Assembly: GCA_000934665.2 (NCBI GenBank)
Contig: JYFJ02001557.1
Location: 1 to 64,000 of the forward strand
DNA length: 64,000 nucleotides
Direction: 5' to 3'
Source: Catajapyx aquilonaris
Taxonomy: Eukaryota
A program made the translations under genes and the position numbers. The notes under the pieces were generated by a model that ran no database searches, was not told where the DNA came from, and saw only the letters and a program-made list of their open reading frames with translations. Of the stretch, positions 62,170 through 64,000 are shown piece after piece. Numbering within the stretch: the stretch's first letter is position 1; each line of letters begins with the position of its first letter.

Positions 62170-62526
62170 TCATGAAGCGTCCCTAGATGTATTGTTGTGC
62201 ACTCTGCCCTCCGTTTTGTGACATGGCGGCTGCAGGCAGGGCGTTTGACCCGCCCGCCATCGCAGCTGATGCCCCATTGTCTCCATCACTTTCTGGGCCA
62301 AGTCTCTCAAATGGCGCAAGTCTTGATCCAGTTCTAAACTTTCCTTCTCCATTGCCATAGCCAACCGACTAATGTTTTCAAGCTCTGTCACTAACTGAAA
62401 CCGTCGCAGATGACCCTCATGGCCTGTTCTAGACAGTAGATGGAAGGTGAAGTAACCGGTGGACCCAAGCACCACCAGTACCATCATAAGGAACAGCGCC
62501 TTCAGGGATGCTCCGGTGACTTGCAT
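62170..62526 (-). CDS. Hypothetical 118-aa protein with an N-terminal signal peptide/anchor and a predicted coiled coil
   Basis: True ATG with A at -3. Hydrophobic stretch LKALFLMMVLVVLGSTGYFTFHLL, then a heptad-like L/M/E-rich helix. The ORF is a GC-rich island in AT-rich flanks. No family recognised. Confidence 0.6.
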   Translation of the reverse strand: MQVTGASLKALFLMMVLVVLGSTGYFTFHLLSRTGHEGHLRRFQLVTELENISRLAMAMEKESLELDQDLRHLRDLAQKVMETMGHQLRWRAGQTPCLQPPCHKTEGRVHNNTSRDAS

Positions 62527-63758
62527 TGTCGTCCAGAGGACATTGCTTCTTCCTTAAAACCAATATTCGTTCACCCTTTCACGTCACTATGTTTTCTTGC
62601 CGACGACCTTGTCGACACAAGAGTCCCCCAGCGATTAGAGACGTCATCGATCCAGCTCGCTCATCTACAGTGTTGGAGAATAATCGCTAGGGGTTTCAGA
62701 CGTTGAATATGAATTTGAGCAGTGCTTGGTAGGCTTACAGATAATCGTGGCGTTCGATAGGTCGTGACGTCTGCACAGTGGCGACAATGTTGTACGATGT
62801 GCTTAGCAGAGGATCAAGCGTTGGGGAAACGAGGATGAAAAAGGAAGTAACTTTCTGTTTGCTCCTTTTCGGCACCAAAAACTAACGCTTCTACCACTCA
62901 AAGCCCTTTCTTTGTATATTGTATCCCAGAGATAAATGCGCTGTCGCAGTTGGTAGCCAACTTCCTTCTCAGGTACTGGAGACACTGCGTTGCCCCTAAA
63001 AAGAAAGTGAATGTGAGTTTGGCCCCACCAGGCCATTGTCCTCTGATGTTCTCATTTGTTGGAAAATTGAAACGTAATGGAGCGTTCAGTTTTCATTCAC
63101 AATGTCGAAAACTAGTTTGAGTTGATCGATAGTTTTCATATGACACTTAATCTCATTTGGTATAATGTAGCGTTACATCGGAATATTTTAAATAGTTAAT
63201 TTGCCGAGTATGCACACAACAAATTACTCGTAAGTATTATTCATGTACAACTGAGCGACCAGGAAATTTTGCATTCAAGTTTCACCAAGACACTTCTATT
63301 ATTATGAAAGCACAATGAGAACACCTTCCTGGGGCCGTTTTAGGTGGGAGTGAAGGAGCAAGTTGGGGAGGTAGAAGAAAAAAAATGGATTGGAAGATTT
63401 CTCTTGGGGAAGAGGTGGGAGTGACGAGTGATGATGAGCTACGATCCCCTTGAATGAGGTGCTTTCACAGAAAATGGGGCACTTGGCGCCCAGGTTCTTT
63501 TCACCTAGTCCACAACCTGGCAATATAGGATCTGAACTAGTACCTTCTGCCCGAGAGGGATAGTGTTGTTGTTAATCGCCTCTGATAGGAGGTTTAATGT
63601 GGGGGATTCTTGGTCCGATGAGAGTTGTTAAGGCTCACTTTGGCCTAAAAAATGAGGCTGATTGGGGAACTTTGCCACCTCACAAAGCTATCATTATTAC
63701 AGGAATGGGTAGTGTTGAACATCATAATGGCTCAGAAAAAAAGGCGGTTTATCGGAAT

Positions 63759-63870
63759 ATTATTTTATTTACGTTACCCCGTTAGGGGGGTGGAATACCA
63801 CCATCCTTCACTTTTCTGTATTTTTTTTCTCCTGACTCCGGTCCAAGAATGAAAGGATATGGGGTAAGGA
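63759..63870 (-). mobile_element. 3' fragment of SINE family 1
   Basis: ttattttattt...ttaccccgt...gggggtgg(a)ataccaccat matches the tail end of 12634-12700. Confidence 0.55.
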
Positions 63871-64000
63871 TGTGGATGTCTGGTTTATCCGAATATTACT
63901 AACAGATTTTAAAAATTCAAGTAGGTCTATACTGCTAACTTCGTTCTACCGGGCTGACATCCAGGCTAATTTCGAACGCAATTGACCGGTTATATTGTCT

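Overview
Eukaryotic (animal, probably arthropod) genomic DNA. It is gene-poor and repeat-rich, with GT-AG introns as short as 55 nt. Two protein-coding genes are firmly supported and are arranged head-to-head. The first is an ARL4-family small GTPase with an uninterrupted CDS (44323-44931, minus strand). The second is an 11-exon selenium-binding protein / methanethiol oxidase (SELENBP1 family, 49115-55468, plus strand); my hand-spliced model is 1425 nt, 474 aa, with consistent phases. A third candidate is an unrecognised 118-aa ORF with a signal anchor and a coiled-coil-like segment (62170-62526, minus strand). I found no recognisable host CDS in the first 43 kb. That region holds tRNA-derived SINEs with TSDs, several MITE families (some nested), a non-autonomous Helitron, two probable solo LTRs, perfect palindromes and many decayed LINE relics. 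Best leads: the orphan membrane ORF, a 153-nt fold-back inside a SELENBP1 intron, a miR-279-seed hairpin next to the ARL4 promoter, a splice donor overlapping the ARL4 stop codon, and modular SINEs sharing one 3' tail. I did not find convincing evidence of a wholly new multi-gene system. All family assignments come from motif recognition, not database searches.
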